A stretch of 64,000 nt of DNA. It comes from Ostrea edulis. Its lineage: Eukaryota. A model generated the notes under the pieces. That model saw nothing but the letters and a program-made list of their open reading frames with translations, had not been told where the DNA came from and made no database searches. Shown in pieces: positions 25,821-38,942 of this stretch (position 1 is the stretch's first letter; every line of letters begins with the position of its first letter). Location: contig NC_079170.1 in NCBI RefSeq assembly GCF_947568905.1, positions 35,960,001-36,024,000 of the forward strand, written 5' to 3'. The translations under genes were made by a program, and so were the position numbers.

Positions 25821-28800
25821 CTTACTTACTTAGTCCTCTTCGTGCTGGTCAGCACATAAGGCCGTCACCAGAGACTTCCATGTTGGTCTGTCTTTTGCCC
25901 ATTTCTGGACCTCTCCCCAACTCCAGCTGTTATCTTTCATTTCTTTCTCCACCGATCTTCTCGAGGTCTCTCTTGGTGTTCTCTCTTTCTCTTGCCAGTT
26001 GGTGACCATTTCAAAGCAACCCTTGGGATGGAATTTGGGTACATTCTGCATACATGTCCTATCCACAGCCATTTTCTCTTTCTGATCGTCTGGGATAGAG
26101 GAGTGGTGTTTGTCCTTTTGTACAGTTCGTCATTTGAGATGGTGTTAGGCCAGAAGATGCGCAATATTCTGCGGAGACATCGGGTCTGAAATACATCCAG
26201 CTTGTTGGAAATAGACTTGGTTACTTTCCAAGATTCAGCACCATATAGTAGGACCCCAAGCACGTTGCTCTTGAAGATCTTAATTTTGAAGTTGGTGCTA
26301 AACTATGTTGACCTCCAGATGTTCCGCAGAGCAGCATACGCTACTGTGGCTTTAGAAATGCGAGCTTGTACATCTGCCTCTGAACCCCCATCAGTGGTGA
26401 TCTTATTTCCTAGGTATGGGAAGTAGGTGACATCTTCTATGTTTGTGCCATTTAAAGAGATAGGTTCCTCTGATATGGTATTGACCTTCATGATCTTAGT
26501 TTTGGAGGTGTTTATATGAAGGCAAATTGTTTCAGCTGTTTTTGCGAGCTTGGTGGTTTTTTCTTGCAATGTCTCGATGACGGTGAGATAACAGTGCAAT
26601 ATTGTCCGTAAAATCAAGGTCTTCAAGTACTTCTGTCATACCCCAAGTAATCCCTGTTCGTTTGCTTCTAGTTGTTTTTCGCATAATCCAGTCGATGCAG
26701 AAGGTAAAGAGAAGAGGAGAGAGCAGACATCCCTGTTTCACTCCTGTCATCAATTTAAACTCCTCTGATAGGTTTGATAATTCTGGCATTAAGTTCAGTG
26801 TATTGCATCTTGATGATGGAGATGATTTTATCTGGGATTCCATAATGACGAAGGATTCTTTCTAGGGCTAGGCGATTAACACTATCAAAAGCTTTGGTGA
26901 AGTCGATGAAATTGATGTATAATGGGGAGTTCCATTCATTGCTTTGTTCTAGAATTTGTCTGAGAGCGAATATCTGATCAGCGGACGACTTCCCTTTCCT
27001 AAAACCTGCTTGTTCTTGACGCAGTAAGGGATCTGTTACTTCTGCAATTCTGTCCAGTATCACTCTGCTTAGAACCTTCATGGTAATGGAAAGCAACATT
27101 ATTCCTCTATAGTTGTTACAGTTTGAAAGTATGTCTCATTTCTTTGGTAATTTAACTATAAGGCCGGTTTTCCAGAAGGATGGTGTTTCTTCTGATTCCC
27201 AGATCATCTGTAGGATATTTGTCAAAATTGTAGGTGTCCAGTATTCTTTGGCCTTGAGAAGCTCTGCATGTATCTGATCAATGCCTGCAGCTTTTCCAGT
27301 TTTAAGTTTGGTGATTGCCTTTTTTACCTCTTCTATACTTGGTGGATCAGTATCAATATCTAATGTGTCCGTGGCTGGTATTATTATTGCCTCGTTCTCT
27401 GGGTCTTTCATATTAAATACTTCTTCAAAATGTTCCTTCCAGCATTTCAGTATGATTTCTTCTTTTGATAGTACATTTCCCTGTTTGTCTTTAATTGGTA
27501 GCTCTGATGACTGAAATTTGCCTGCTAATGTTTTTGTAATTCGATAGAGGGTCTGCATGTCTTGTTTAGAAGCTGCTTGTTCTGCCTCATAAGCTAGCTT
27601 TTCAGTGTATGCCTTTCTGTCAGCTCTTGCACTCCTCTTTACTCCAATATTCTGCCTGGAGTTGGTCCTTTTGCCTCTTGGATTTTGTGGACAAGATTTT
27701 ATTTTCTTCTCTTTTCGTTCTTCTACTATTTTCCATGTTTTATCTGAAATCCATTCTTCTTTTTTCTTTCTCTTTGGACCAAGTATTCGTTGACTATTTA
27801 CTATTAATACTTTGTTAAAAGTTTCCATATTGATTTCATCAGGATGTTCCATGAGTGTTGAAAACTTGTTTTGGACTTTTAATTGAATAGATCTCAGTTT
27901 TTGTATCTTTGAGTTTTTGGATGTTGATTGGAGGTGGTCTTCGATCTTTTTTCCTTGATTTCCTCAATTTTAACTTGATTTTTGCCAGTACTAAAGAGTG
28001 GTCACTTCCCACATCAGCCCCTTGTTTTGTAACCACTTCGAGAAGACTACTTCTCCATGCATCTCTTGTTGATGATAATATGGTCAATTTGGTTCTTAGT
28101 ATGACCATCTGGTGAGTTCCATGTTGTCTTATGGATGTCTTTGTGCATGAATATAGTTCCACCAATTACTAGGTCGTTTTCTTGGCAGAAAGTGCATAGT
28201 CTCTCTCCGTTGTTGTTACATTCTCCTATTCCTTACTGGCCTATGATGGTTTCTTTACCTTGGTTGCATTTTCCAACTTTAGCATTTAAGTCCCCAAGGA
28301 TAAGCAGAACATCATGAGATGGTGTGTCGTCTACTACATTTTGTAGGCTGTCATAGAAAGATATTTTCTCTTCATCTTCTCCATCATCTATTGGTGCATA
28401 GCAAACCACAGCAGTCAATTTGGCAAAGGCTGAGTTGTACCTTGCTGTTATTATTCGCTCACTCACAGGTTTCCATTCTAAAAGACTTCTGTGGACCTCC
28501 TTTGTTGTAATAATGGCTACTCCTTTGCAATGATGGTCGTCGGTTCTTCCAGAGTAGAGTATCTGATGTCCTGATACTAGTTGTTTTGATCCACTACCTG
28601 TCCATCTGGCTTCACTAACTCCTAGGAGCTCGATCTTGTAATGCTCCATTTCTCTCACCACTTGTGCTAGTTTTCCTGTTTGGTAGAGGGTCCGCACGTT
28701 CCAGCAGCCCACTCTACGGGTTATTTTCGGTCGAAGGACATCTCCTATCGGGATGGATGATTCACCCGTCATACTTCCATTGTCCTGAATGGTGTCAATC

Positions 28801-29369
28801 CTTCTTCCATCATTTTGTTTTCTGGTTAACGTTTCTGTAGCGTCTTTTGTTTAACATGTTAGGGTTGCTGACCCTAAGCATAACCCCCTGAACTCGGAGG
28901 ACCAGTGGTTTTCTGTTGGGGTTGTCCTTCCCTTAGATGATTGCTTTCCCTTGCTTTCGTGTTCATCTACACAGATTTTCTTTCTGGATTTTCTTCCATA
29001 GCCTTTGACTTGCCAAAACCATCCACAAGGCAGTGGAACTATTTGACCCATAGATGGGGCAAGGTTGGTAAGAGCCAGGGCATGTCCACGCACCGGTGGG
29101 CCTGCACTTTACACCTCTAGGGTCCTTACTACTCCGAGATCCCCTTCATATTAGCCTTGAGTGCTAGACCCAAGTTTCCGTGTGTTGCCCTGAGGAGGTG
29201 TTTGAAGGAGTCTTAAGTAATGTAGAGGCTGGTACTGGCGGGGCGAGATTTCTGCTTTCGCTACTTTCCCTTTCACCTACAAGTAGGCTAGCCAGCGGCA
29301 GTAAGGATCTATAGGCGTTTGATCTTTACCGGACTAGACGCATATCATTACTCTGTGATAAACACCAAC
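25821..29369 (-). mobile_element. Apparently full-length, frameshifted RTE-clade LINE (AP endonuclease + reverse transcriptase)
   Basis: Endonuclease motif VGCWNVRTL (ORF 28772-28233) and RT fragments ([44 protein letters not shown]). (TAAG)n 3' tail. 16-bp TSD ACACACATGTATAAAA at 25805-25820 and 29370-29385. Confidence 0.93.
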
Positions 29370-29409
29370 ACACACATGTATAAAAGACTAAACACAATTA
29401 TATAGAAAC

Positions 29410-30574
29410 CAGTGCTCCCACTGGACCAGAATTCCCTTTCGCCACTTTTTCGGGGAGCGGCGCAGCACAAATAATCGCATGCTTTACAATTATTTCCATC
29501 ATAATATATATTATTTTATTCATTACACTTATTTTAGCATTTTGAATCAGTTACATTACTTAATCATATCCAGCTACCATACCTAAACACTTCTTAAATT
29601 TCTGAAATAATAAGAAGTTTTTTTGTTTGATAAATTCTATTATGGAAATCAAAATTCAGATAATAAATCATATAAATATAAACTTCATGATGCTACACCC
29701 CTCAGTGAAAACATTGTGTACATTGCCCGAAATGCAGATGTCACAAAACATCAAGCCCAATTTAGAGTCGTATCTCAACCATTCCCTATTAAATTTCCGT
29801 TTTTGTATGGAAGATTTTGCAATTTGGACAGAATCAGATGTTTGAGCAGGTGGGGTTGACAGTAAAGCCAAACATAGTTATGTTTTTAATTTTAGACTGA
29901 CTAGGGTCAGAAGCTACAAGTTTAGTGTCAAAATAGAATGGGGTGCATAGTCTTATGAGATTAGCATTTTTATACTGTTGCACACCGAACTTCAAAGAAA
30001 ATTATTTATTAAATTTGCTATGTCCATATCAATGGTGACTGCACCGCATTGTTTATGAAATATTCGAACTAAAATCAAACACATCAAATCCAAAATCTTG
30101 TAATCAACGAGTTTGGCCGCAAAAACAAACAATTGATGTATTCATATATACATTATACACAATAATACGGCCAATTTAATTACCGTTCGGTTCTCTGGTT
30201 AAGAATTGACATTAATGTGGAGATGATAACACGATAATGAATAAGACTTTAAATGTTAAATAATTGACCACAGCAGGGTAAACAGCTGTCCCATGTACTT
30301 TATTACATAATCACTGACTTTCTTGCAGCCATAAATTACCTGAGGCTGTGACCAGCTCTGTGTGCACTGGAGCGACGCGAGATTTCCGGTTGCACGCGTT
30401 GACTGAATAAACAGATTTTGACTGCATAAACAAACAGGCTATAATGCGTTACTGACAAAGGATTTAAAATACAATTTATTGCAAAAAGGGATCTTCGCCA
30501 CTTTCAATTTTTTTTCGCCATTTTGGAAAAAAATTCGCCATTGGCGAAAATGGCGAAGCCCAGCTCGAGCACTG
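29410..30574 (-). mobile_element. Internally deleted hAT transposon retaining a TTF-type zinc-finger fragment
   Basis: TIR CAGTGCTC / GAGCACTG, exact 8-bp TSD ATAGAAAC and subterminal TTCGCCA motifs. ORF 29871-29668 reads KRKFNREWLRYDSKLGLMFCDIC...NVFTEGC. Confidence 0.85.
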
Positions 30575-30989
30575 ATAGAAACATCAAATATAGGGACGTG
30601 TCCTTCAATTCCATCCACTTGTTAATATCAGGAGGAAAATCTAACATGGATGGAAAGTGAAGCATTAGTACAATGATATACTGATGGAGTTTAAAAATGC
30701 AACACCTATTTCTTCTAAATGTAAAAATTTGCTTATGTTTTCCACACTTAATTACACCCCCCCCCCACCTCAATACATTGGCCTGATGTTTAAAATCCAT
30801 TAATCTGTGTTAGTCGTGTTAATCATTGTTTACACGGTGTGAGTAGTATTGCACAAAATCTTCCAGATGCTATCCAAAAGATATGAAAAGGTAAAGACCA
30901 GTTTTGCCATACAATCCATACAAGTTTTATCACCAAAAAGGGTCCAATAATGATCCCCCAAGATCTGGTCAACCATTTGTGACAACACA

Positions 30990-31760
30990 AAGTTAACAGG
31001 CGTTCATACGGCAGCGCCACCTGCAGGACAGGTTTATGGCTGTTGCGATGACAGAGAGGCAAACAATTAGATATTGAAATGTCCTCAATGGGATTCTCTG
31101 CAGAATACCTTACAAAGGTTTACAAATCAAAACCCAAACATCGACGTTACAGAGTACAGTAGGCCCCGACATTGAGATTAAATCGATGCCAAACTTTGAT
31201 ATGGTTCATGTATTTTGACAAATCAAGGTTCAATGTCTATATAATGCGGATGGCAGAATACGCACTTACTGACGTATCCATGAACGATAAGTAGACAATT
31301 GCATGATTTAAAGAAACAAAATTGGCAGAGGTTTGTCATGGTTTGTGGTGCGATTAACACATTTTCACTCCCGATTGGTCATTTTGCACAGAAACGTACC
31401 TGCTCAGCGGTATATATATATGACGTTCTGCTGCCTTTGTTGGCACACAGCAGCACAGACAATGCAACAGATTAAACTCTCATCACGACAATCCCAGTAC
31501 ACTCATTGCAAAACTGACAGGGAATTTTATTCAAAGAAATAGCATCAATGTCCTTGATTGGCTTGCAATGTCCCCAGACCTTAATATGATTGGACATGTT
31601 TCCAATGAACTTAGTAGACATGTGCAAAACTGCCAGTCTCAGAATCCACAAGAACTGGGAAGCGAGTAGTTGGAAGAGTGGCAGAATATTCCTCACAGAA
31701 GCATTCAAACCATTTGTCAGTCAATGGAAAGTCATATGCGCTGTCATAAATGCTAAACCA
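30990..31760 (+). pseudogene. Degenerate Tc1/mariner transposase remnant
   Basis: From 31544 the translation is INVLDWLAMSPDLNMIGHVSNELSRHV...LEEWQNIP, matching the Tc1 WPxxSPDLNPIEHxW and LxEEWxxIP motifs. Stops and frameshifts are present and boundaries are approximate. Confidence 0.8.
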
Positions 31761-34053
31761 GAATTTTTGCCCACTCCTATCACCTTTGACCTCAGTGAAT
31801 GTAGCCTCTCAGGGAATATATAGAATTGAAATTTAAATTGAAGGCTATATATAAACTTTGTTTATCAAGATTATTGCAGAAATATGATGTGTTTCAAGAT
31901 AATGAAATAAAAAAAATAGGACAAAAAACTACAAAGGAAGGGTTATTTTTTAAAGCCTCTCAGTATATTTTGAAATTGAAAAGTTTCAGATTTACGTTAA
32001 GTTACTTATAGTTAAAAACAAGCAGTTTTAGAAAATATCTGGAAAAAAATTAAAACATCTGCTAGACTCAAACTACAGATCAGCAGTCGACACGTTCACC
32101 TACTGAGCTACCCAGCTAGGGAATTAGATTTAAAAGGAATAATACACGTATCTATAATTGCTGATTTTTATATTCTTAAAAAGTAAATGAGCCTTTATGA
32201 CATAAGAAGTTCCTCCTTAAATAGTAATTTTACAGATTAAGGAACAAAGTCAATATGGAAAGCACAGATCAAATTCATATATAGTCATTAAGTTACATAC
32301 CTGATATTAAATACCAATTTAATGCTAAAGATTAAGGGCATTTACTTAATGCTTGATTTTACCTTTGATCACACACACACACATTCTGGCAATAATATAG
32401 ATACACACTGGAGTTTTCTCTCTGTATTATATCATCACAAGTTTTCATTAATGTAACACCTGCTAGATCAATCGTTCAAAGTATTCGTTTTGTGCATAAA
32501 TTAATAAAACTTAGGACTATGACTAAAGCAACCTTTCACCAACCCAGTCCTTACCTGCAGAAACCTCCCAATGTGACAGAGTCATCTCCCCTGCTAATAA
32601 ATTCCTCCTCTAACTTGGTTTATCACCATGCAGTTCCTACCCTGTACAGCTTCTGGATTTTGTTTCAGCAGAATTCTGTTCTCCCTCCATTTCACCACAT
32701 GTAGCAGACCTGGATTTTTCAACAACAACAACAACAAAAAACTCCTTAGATTTTGACTGCTCAAATAAAGGAAACTCAACTTATGTTTGAATTTTTTCTG
32801 AGAAATCCAAGCATTTCACATAATCGTCCGTCAGTGATCCTGAAAGCAAATGTTCTTTTTAAAAAGCTGTGTCAAAATGACACAAATGTCCCGATCTATA
32901 TTTATCTTGAATAAAAGCTCCGAATTTCGACTCGATAATCACATTACACTTTATAATAGCAGGTCAACGTCTCATTTGAAATTCTCAGAGTCCAGGAACC
33001 AAACCTCTGCTGAAAGTATTTTAAGTCAAATCACTGATACTATAGTTAAACTTAATCTCATTAAATACTGTACTATATGATTATCTACTGTTCAATCACT
33101 CTTACTTTATATGAAGGCCCTCTTACTATGGATAAATCTAAATACATGTGTGTTGAATTACTGAATCAGAAAAGAGAACTCCAAATGGAGTTACTCCCCC
33201 TTTAGGATTTATTTTTTGCATGTGGATCAACACTGATTTAAAAAAAAATCTGCATTTAAATATATGTGTGCGGATGATTATAAATAAAAATGGATAATCA
33301 ATGGTCAAATCAAAATGATGTATTTATACAATTAACACAGTGATAATTCAATATACAATACCATAGCATGAATAGTAGCAATTAATCTACATAAGTTCAA
33401 ATCTGTTATGACACAGATTATATTCAAAAGCAATTTATCATTCAGTTCATTGATAAGAATTTGTGTATATTTTCTGACTTCAGTGTCTTTAGAGGAAATT
33501 TAAAGAAAAAAACAAACTAAAAAATTGATTAGTTTGATGTACTCCGACCGACCCGTCAAATTTGCTCCTACCTGATCATTTTTTTCAGCAATTTTTTTTG
33601 TTGTTGTTTCCCTTAAAAAATAGAAAATTCTCCTTATTTTAAAAGAAAATATTAGAAATTTTAATGACGTTCCAAAAAAAAACCCACCCTACCTACCGAC
33701 CCACCTTGGAAAATGTGGGTCGTAGTACATCAAACAAAAATATTTTTAATGATGGCCTAATATATTGATTTTAGCATACACATACATATACATGCAGCTA
33801 GTGGCAATATGTACAACAATTAATGCTACTGACAATGGTTTTGCCATGCATTCGATAGCAAAGCAGGAATATCATACTTTTATACATATATATATATATA
33901 TATGTGTATATTCTTACATATGAATGAATTTAGGCCTAATACATAAATTAAATGAAGATCGATAATGTCATTTCATCAACAATATATTTATTTAGTTAAC
34001 CAGTTCATTACAATAAAAGAATTTAAATCTTATTCCCCAGAAAGCCATTATTC

Positions 34054-34182
34054 TGTAGTTGTCAGCCAGGTTCGATGGCCAGAGGCCAGATAGCTCAGTT
34101 TATAAATCAACTGACTAGAGATTCAGGGGGCCCAGGTTAGAATTCCAGTCTGATTCATTGCATTTTATCCCTTCCTGTTACA
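34054..34182 (+). mobile_element. Solo tRNA-like LTR
   Basis: Starts TGTAG and ends TGTTACA. It has an A-box-like ATAGCTCAG and a degenerate B box, and is homologous to the LTRs at 49372-49754. Confidence 0.6.
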
Positions 34183-34324
34183 AATGTAAGAATATCATCC
34201 TTAAATCATGTAAATATAGGTGCACAATAATTGTCAACAACATAGAAAATTGTTACTTATCCACTTGGGGAAATTTAAAATCTTAAAATGTGAGTAGAAT
34301 CATCCAAACAAAACACTACAAAGG

Positions 34325-37290
34325 TCACTGATCCCTGTCAGATTAAAGCAATCAGACACAACATACCAGTAAAATTAACCCCAGGAAACAGTTATAACAG
34401 AATAATGAACACTGATCCATGTCAGATTAAAGCAATCAGACACAACATACCAGTAAAATTAACCCCAGGACACAGTTATAACAGAATAATGGACACTGAT
34501 CCCTGTCAGATTAAAGCAATCAGACACAACATACCAGTAAAATTAACCCCAGGAAACAGTTATAACAGAATAATGGACACTGATCCCTGTCAGATTAAAG
34601 CAATCAGACACAACATCCCAGTAAAATTAACCCCAGGAAACAGTTATAACAGAATAATGGACACTGATCCCTGTCATATTAAAGCAATCAGACACAACAT
34701 ACCAGTAAAATTAACCCCAGGAAACAGTTATAACAGAATAATGGACACTGATCCCTGTCAGATTAAAGCAATCAGACACAACATCCCAGTAAAATTAACC
34801 CCAGGAAACAGTTATAACAGAATAATGGACACTGATCCATGTCAGATTAAAGCAATCAGACACAACATACCAGTAAAATTAACCCCAGGAAACAGTTATA
34901 ACAGAATAATGGACACTGATCCCTGTCAGATTAAAGCAATCAGACACAACATACCAGTAAAATTAACCCCAGGAAACAGTTATAACAGAATAATGAACAC
35001 TGATCCATGTCATATTAAACCAATCAGACACAACATACCAGTAAAAGTAACCCCAGGAAACAGTTATAACAGAATAATGAACACTGATCCATGTCATATT
35101 AAAGCAATCAGACACAACATACCAGTAAAATTAATCCCAGGAAACGCTTATAACAGAATAATGGACACTGATCCCTGTCAGATTAAAGCAATCAGACACA
35201 ACATACCAGTAAAATTTACCCCAGGAAACAATTATAACAGAATAATGGACACTGATCCATGTCAGATTAAAGCAATCAGAGACAACATCCCAGTAAAATT
35301 AATCCCAGGAAACGCTTATAACAGAATAATGGACACTGATCCCTGTCAGATTAAACCAATCAGATACAACATACCAGTTAAATTAACCCCAGGAAACAGT
35401 TATAACAGAATAATGGACACTGATCCATGTCAGATTAAAGCAATCAGACACAACATACCAGTAAAATTAACCCCAGGAAACAATTATAACAGAATAATGG
35501 ACACTGATCCATGTCAGATTAAAGCAATCAGAGACAACATCCCAGAAATTAATCCCAGGAAACGCTTATAACAGAATAATTGACACTGATCCATGTCAGA
35601 TTAAACCAATCAGATACAACATACCAGTTAAATTAACCCCAGGAAACAGTTATAACAGAATAATGGACACTGATCCATGTCAGATTAAAGCAATCAGACA
35701 CAACATACCAGTAAAATTAACCCCAGGAAACAATTATAACAGAATAATGGACACTGATCCATGTCAGATTAAAGCAATCAGACGCGGTTGAGTTAAGGCT
35801 TTCCCCATAAAATTTTTACTACCAGTGCTGTACATAAATATACTTTACCGCACTGGCACATTGAACGACGTCACAATGAAAAATACGTCATGACGAAGGT
35901 CATGACGTACATAACTACAGTCCTTTTGTGGTTGGAAATGTCGAAATATTGTTTCGTTTTTTACCACCGCTGTCAAACGGTAAACTGCAATCGCGTAAAA
36001 GTTTCTGTCAAATGGGTTATATTAATTCTCTTTGATATTGAAAAAGTTTCAATTTCTTCTTTATATAGCATACATGCTAAAGTAATGTCCATATTATATT
36101 GTGATCTTGATATCGCCCCTAATCTACACGTATAGTTACTTTCACAATGGACTCATTTGCATAAACAGGGTTTCCGTACATAAAAATTTCATCATTGGCA
36201 CGACATCCCGAGGTTTTTAAGTGAAAGATATTTGATTTATGTGACAAGTGAACTTCAGTGCCAAAGGAAAGTTAGGGGAGCAAGTTCTGGCTTCAACAGA
36301 AAATATGTTTTCCAGGCTAGATTCAACTTCGTATGTGCAAAAATCGCCGCATATTGCATATTCAATGCAAAAATTAGACATGTTACAAGTCACAATAAAC
36401 TTGCTCTCAGCACTTTTCAAATTAAGAAATCAATATGCTTTGAAGTTATATTAACTTCAACTTGCATTGATATCTGGATATCGTGCCAATTTAACGATTT
36501 ATACATACACGATACGTTTTTATCTTGATATTTGATCACGTGATACAGAGTTGATGTAGAGACTGTCGGTCTGGTGAAAAATGTATAAGAGGTCAATATG
36601 CACTTAATGATATATACATATTGTTTTGTATAAAAGGGTTGTGTTTACAGAATTTGTCACAAATTGATCTGTTTATTAATGCTTTTTTCCTGACATATTT
36701 CTATGGCCCTACTTAACACAACTGCGGACACAACATACCAGTAAAATTAACCCCAGGAAACAGTTATAACAGAATAATGGACACTGATCCCTGTCAGATT
36801 AAAGCAATCAGACACAACATCCCAGTAAAATTAACCCCAAGAAACAGTTATAACAGAATAATGGACACTGATCCATGTCAGATTAAAGCAATCAGACACA
36901 ACATACCAGTAAAATTAACTCCAGGAAACAGTTATAACAGAATAATGGACACTGATCCATGTCAGATTAAAGTAATCAGACACAACATCCCAGTAAAATT
37001 AACCCCAGGAAACAGTTATAACAGAATAATGGACACTGATCCCTGTCAGATTAAAGCAATCAGACACAACATACCAGTAAAAGTAACCCCAGGAAACAGT
37101 TATAACAGAATAATGAACACTGATCCATGTCATATTAAAGCAATCAGACACAACATCCCAGTAAAATTAACCCCAGGAAACAGTTATAACAGAATAATGG
37201 ACACTGATCCCTGTCAGATTAAAGCAATCAGACACAACATACCAGTTAAATTAACCCCAGGAAACAGTTATAACAGAATAATGGACACTG
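34325..37290. repeat. 84-bp minisatellite (about 17 + about 7 copies) interrupted by a transposon
   Basis: Unit GACACTGATCCCTGTCAGATTAAAGC...AGAATAATG. It accounts for the 388-aa and 205-aa repetitive ORFs. Confidence 0.97.
35783..36726. mobile_element. Non-autonomous DNA transposon, 944 bp, CGC termini, 2-bp TSD
   Basis: TIR CGC(G/A)GTTG(A/T)GTTAAG. The host unit ATCAGA|CACAAC is split with GA duplicated. Confidence 0.8.
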
Positions 37291-37375
37291 GCACAGCTAG
37301 TCAAATATGCTATTTCAATTGCAAGTGGGGGGGGGGGGGGGGTAGTATTAGATTTAAACATCATTACCTTTTGAA

Positions 37376-37698
37376 ATTTAGCAGTCTCGGCTAATATAGG
37401 ATTTATTATTTAGCAGTCTCAGCTAATATAGGATTTATTATTTAGCAGTCTCAGCTAATATAGGATTTATTATTTAGCAGTCTCAGCTAATATAGAATTT
37501 ATTATGTAGCAGTCTCAGCTAATGTATGATTTATCATGCAGCAGTCTCAGTTAATATAGGATTTATTATTTAGCAGTCTCAGCTAATATAGGATTTATTA
37601 TGTAGCAGTCTCAATTAATATAGGATTTATTATGTAGCAGTCTCAACTAATGTATGATTTATTATGTAGCAATCTCGGCTAATGTATGATTTATTATG
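37376..37698. repeat. 32-bp minisatellite, about 10 copies
   Basis: Unit TTTAGCAGTCTCAGCTAATATAGGATTTATTA. Confidence 0.92.
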
Positions 37699-37887
37699 CT
37701 ATTAAATAAAACTGCATCTTCTCATCAATTTAATCTGAATCTGATACAAATATCAATTAGCTATCATTTGACAAAATGATTTCCACTTGAATGATTAAAT
37801 GGGTCAATGATTCTAAAAAGTTAATAAATTGATATGTATCTTCATTCTTTGTTCAAAGATCTTAAGAATGCACTGTTCTATTAAAAA

Positions 37888-38022
37888 TTCAACAGAAGGG
37901 AGAAAATGCAACAGACTTGGCCAAAATTCGAACCTGGGCACCCGGCCCGTGAATCTCTATTAGTCAAGCGCTCTACCGAGTTATCTCAGCCACCGACAAT
38001 GGACTCCCGTCTGAATGCTACA
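37888..38022 (-). mobile_element. Solo tRNA-like LTR, minus strand
   Basis: Reads TGTAGC...ATAACTCGGTAGAGCGCTTGACTA...GGTTCGAATT...GCATTTTCTCCCTTCTGTT, sharing its layout and 3' tail with 34054-34182. Confidence 0.55.
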
Positions 38023-38942
38023 AGTCTATTCTCAGTTTTATCGTCTTGAAGCCAGGGGGCAATCACTCTCACCCATCAGAGAGTATATATATACATCCAA
38101 GTCCCAACGTGGGCACCAACTTCCAACAAAAATTGTTTTGGTGCTGCTGATCAGGATTCAAACTCAGGACCTTTGGCCTTGCAGTCTATCGATAGAACTT
38201 AATCCTATAAGAGACACACATAATTATATATAACACAATATGTTATTGATCTTCATTAATTTAGAAATTTATAGGTCCTTGCTTGAATCATTCAAACAAA
38301 GAGGCAAAACTCCTGGGAGAGTTCCAAATAGATTAAAATTGCAACATCATCTACGGTGACCCACAATGGTTACATACAGCAAGTTTCAGTCTGATATGCG
38401 AGTGACAGAGAAATGAAAACCTCGAATAGACGGACGTACAGACATCGCTCTACCATAATTATATGGTCTAAAGAGTTTACAAACGCATGTATAGATTATT
38501 ATAGAATTTTCTGTATTGAACTTATCTGTTCTCCACACTATATAGCAGATGATTTGTTTCGGGGATAGCAAAATTATGATTACCAACATTTTAACGGATC
38601 TGCTTCCAAAACATGAAAACCAAGTCGCGTACTCCTAAGCCTAGACATTTTGATTTTTCGCGGGAAATTTTTATGACATGGGGATCGAGATTCCAGTCAT
38701 GAATAAAATGATAGCACTTTTATTTATTTATTTCTGTCTTTTCTAAATTTTTGATAACGAGAGAAAAGAAGAAAGAAAGAAAAAAGTATTTGATCCATCA
38801 GAGACATAAAATGTTCGCTGACAGAGCGTAATCCGGAATTATAAACGTTCCAACGATTTTGTATTTTGTAGACCTCTGGCGATATCCCGTTCTGAAATAG
38901 GCTCAATCGATATATAAACGATAGTATTTCATTATTTTCCAA

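Noticed and set aside
34405-35571. 388-aa and 205-aa (36777-37394) repetitive ORFs
   Set aside because: These are translations of a stop-free 84-bp minisatellite. The frame breaks near 35550, a transposon interrupts the array, and there is no unique domain or splice context.
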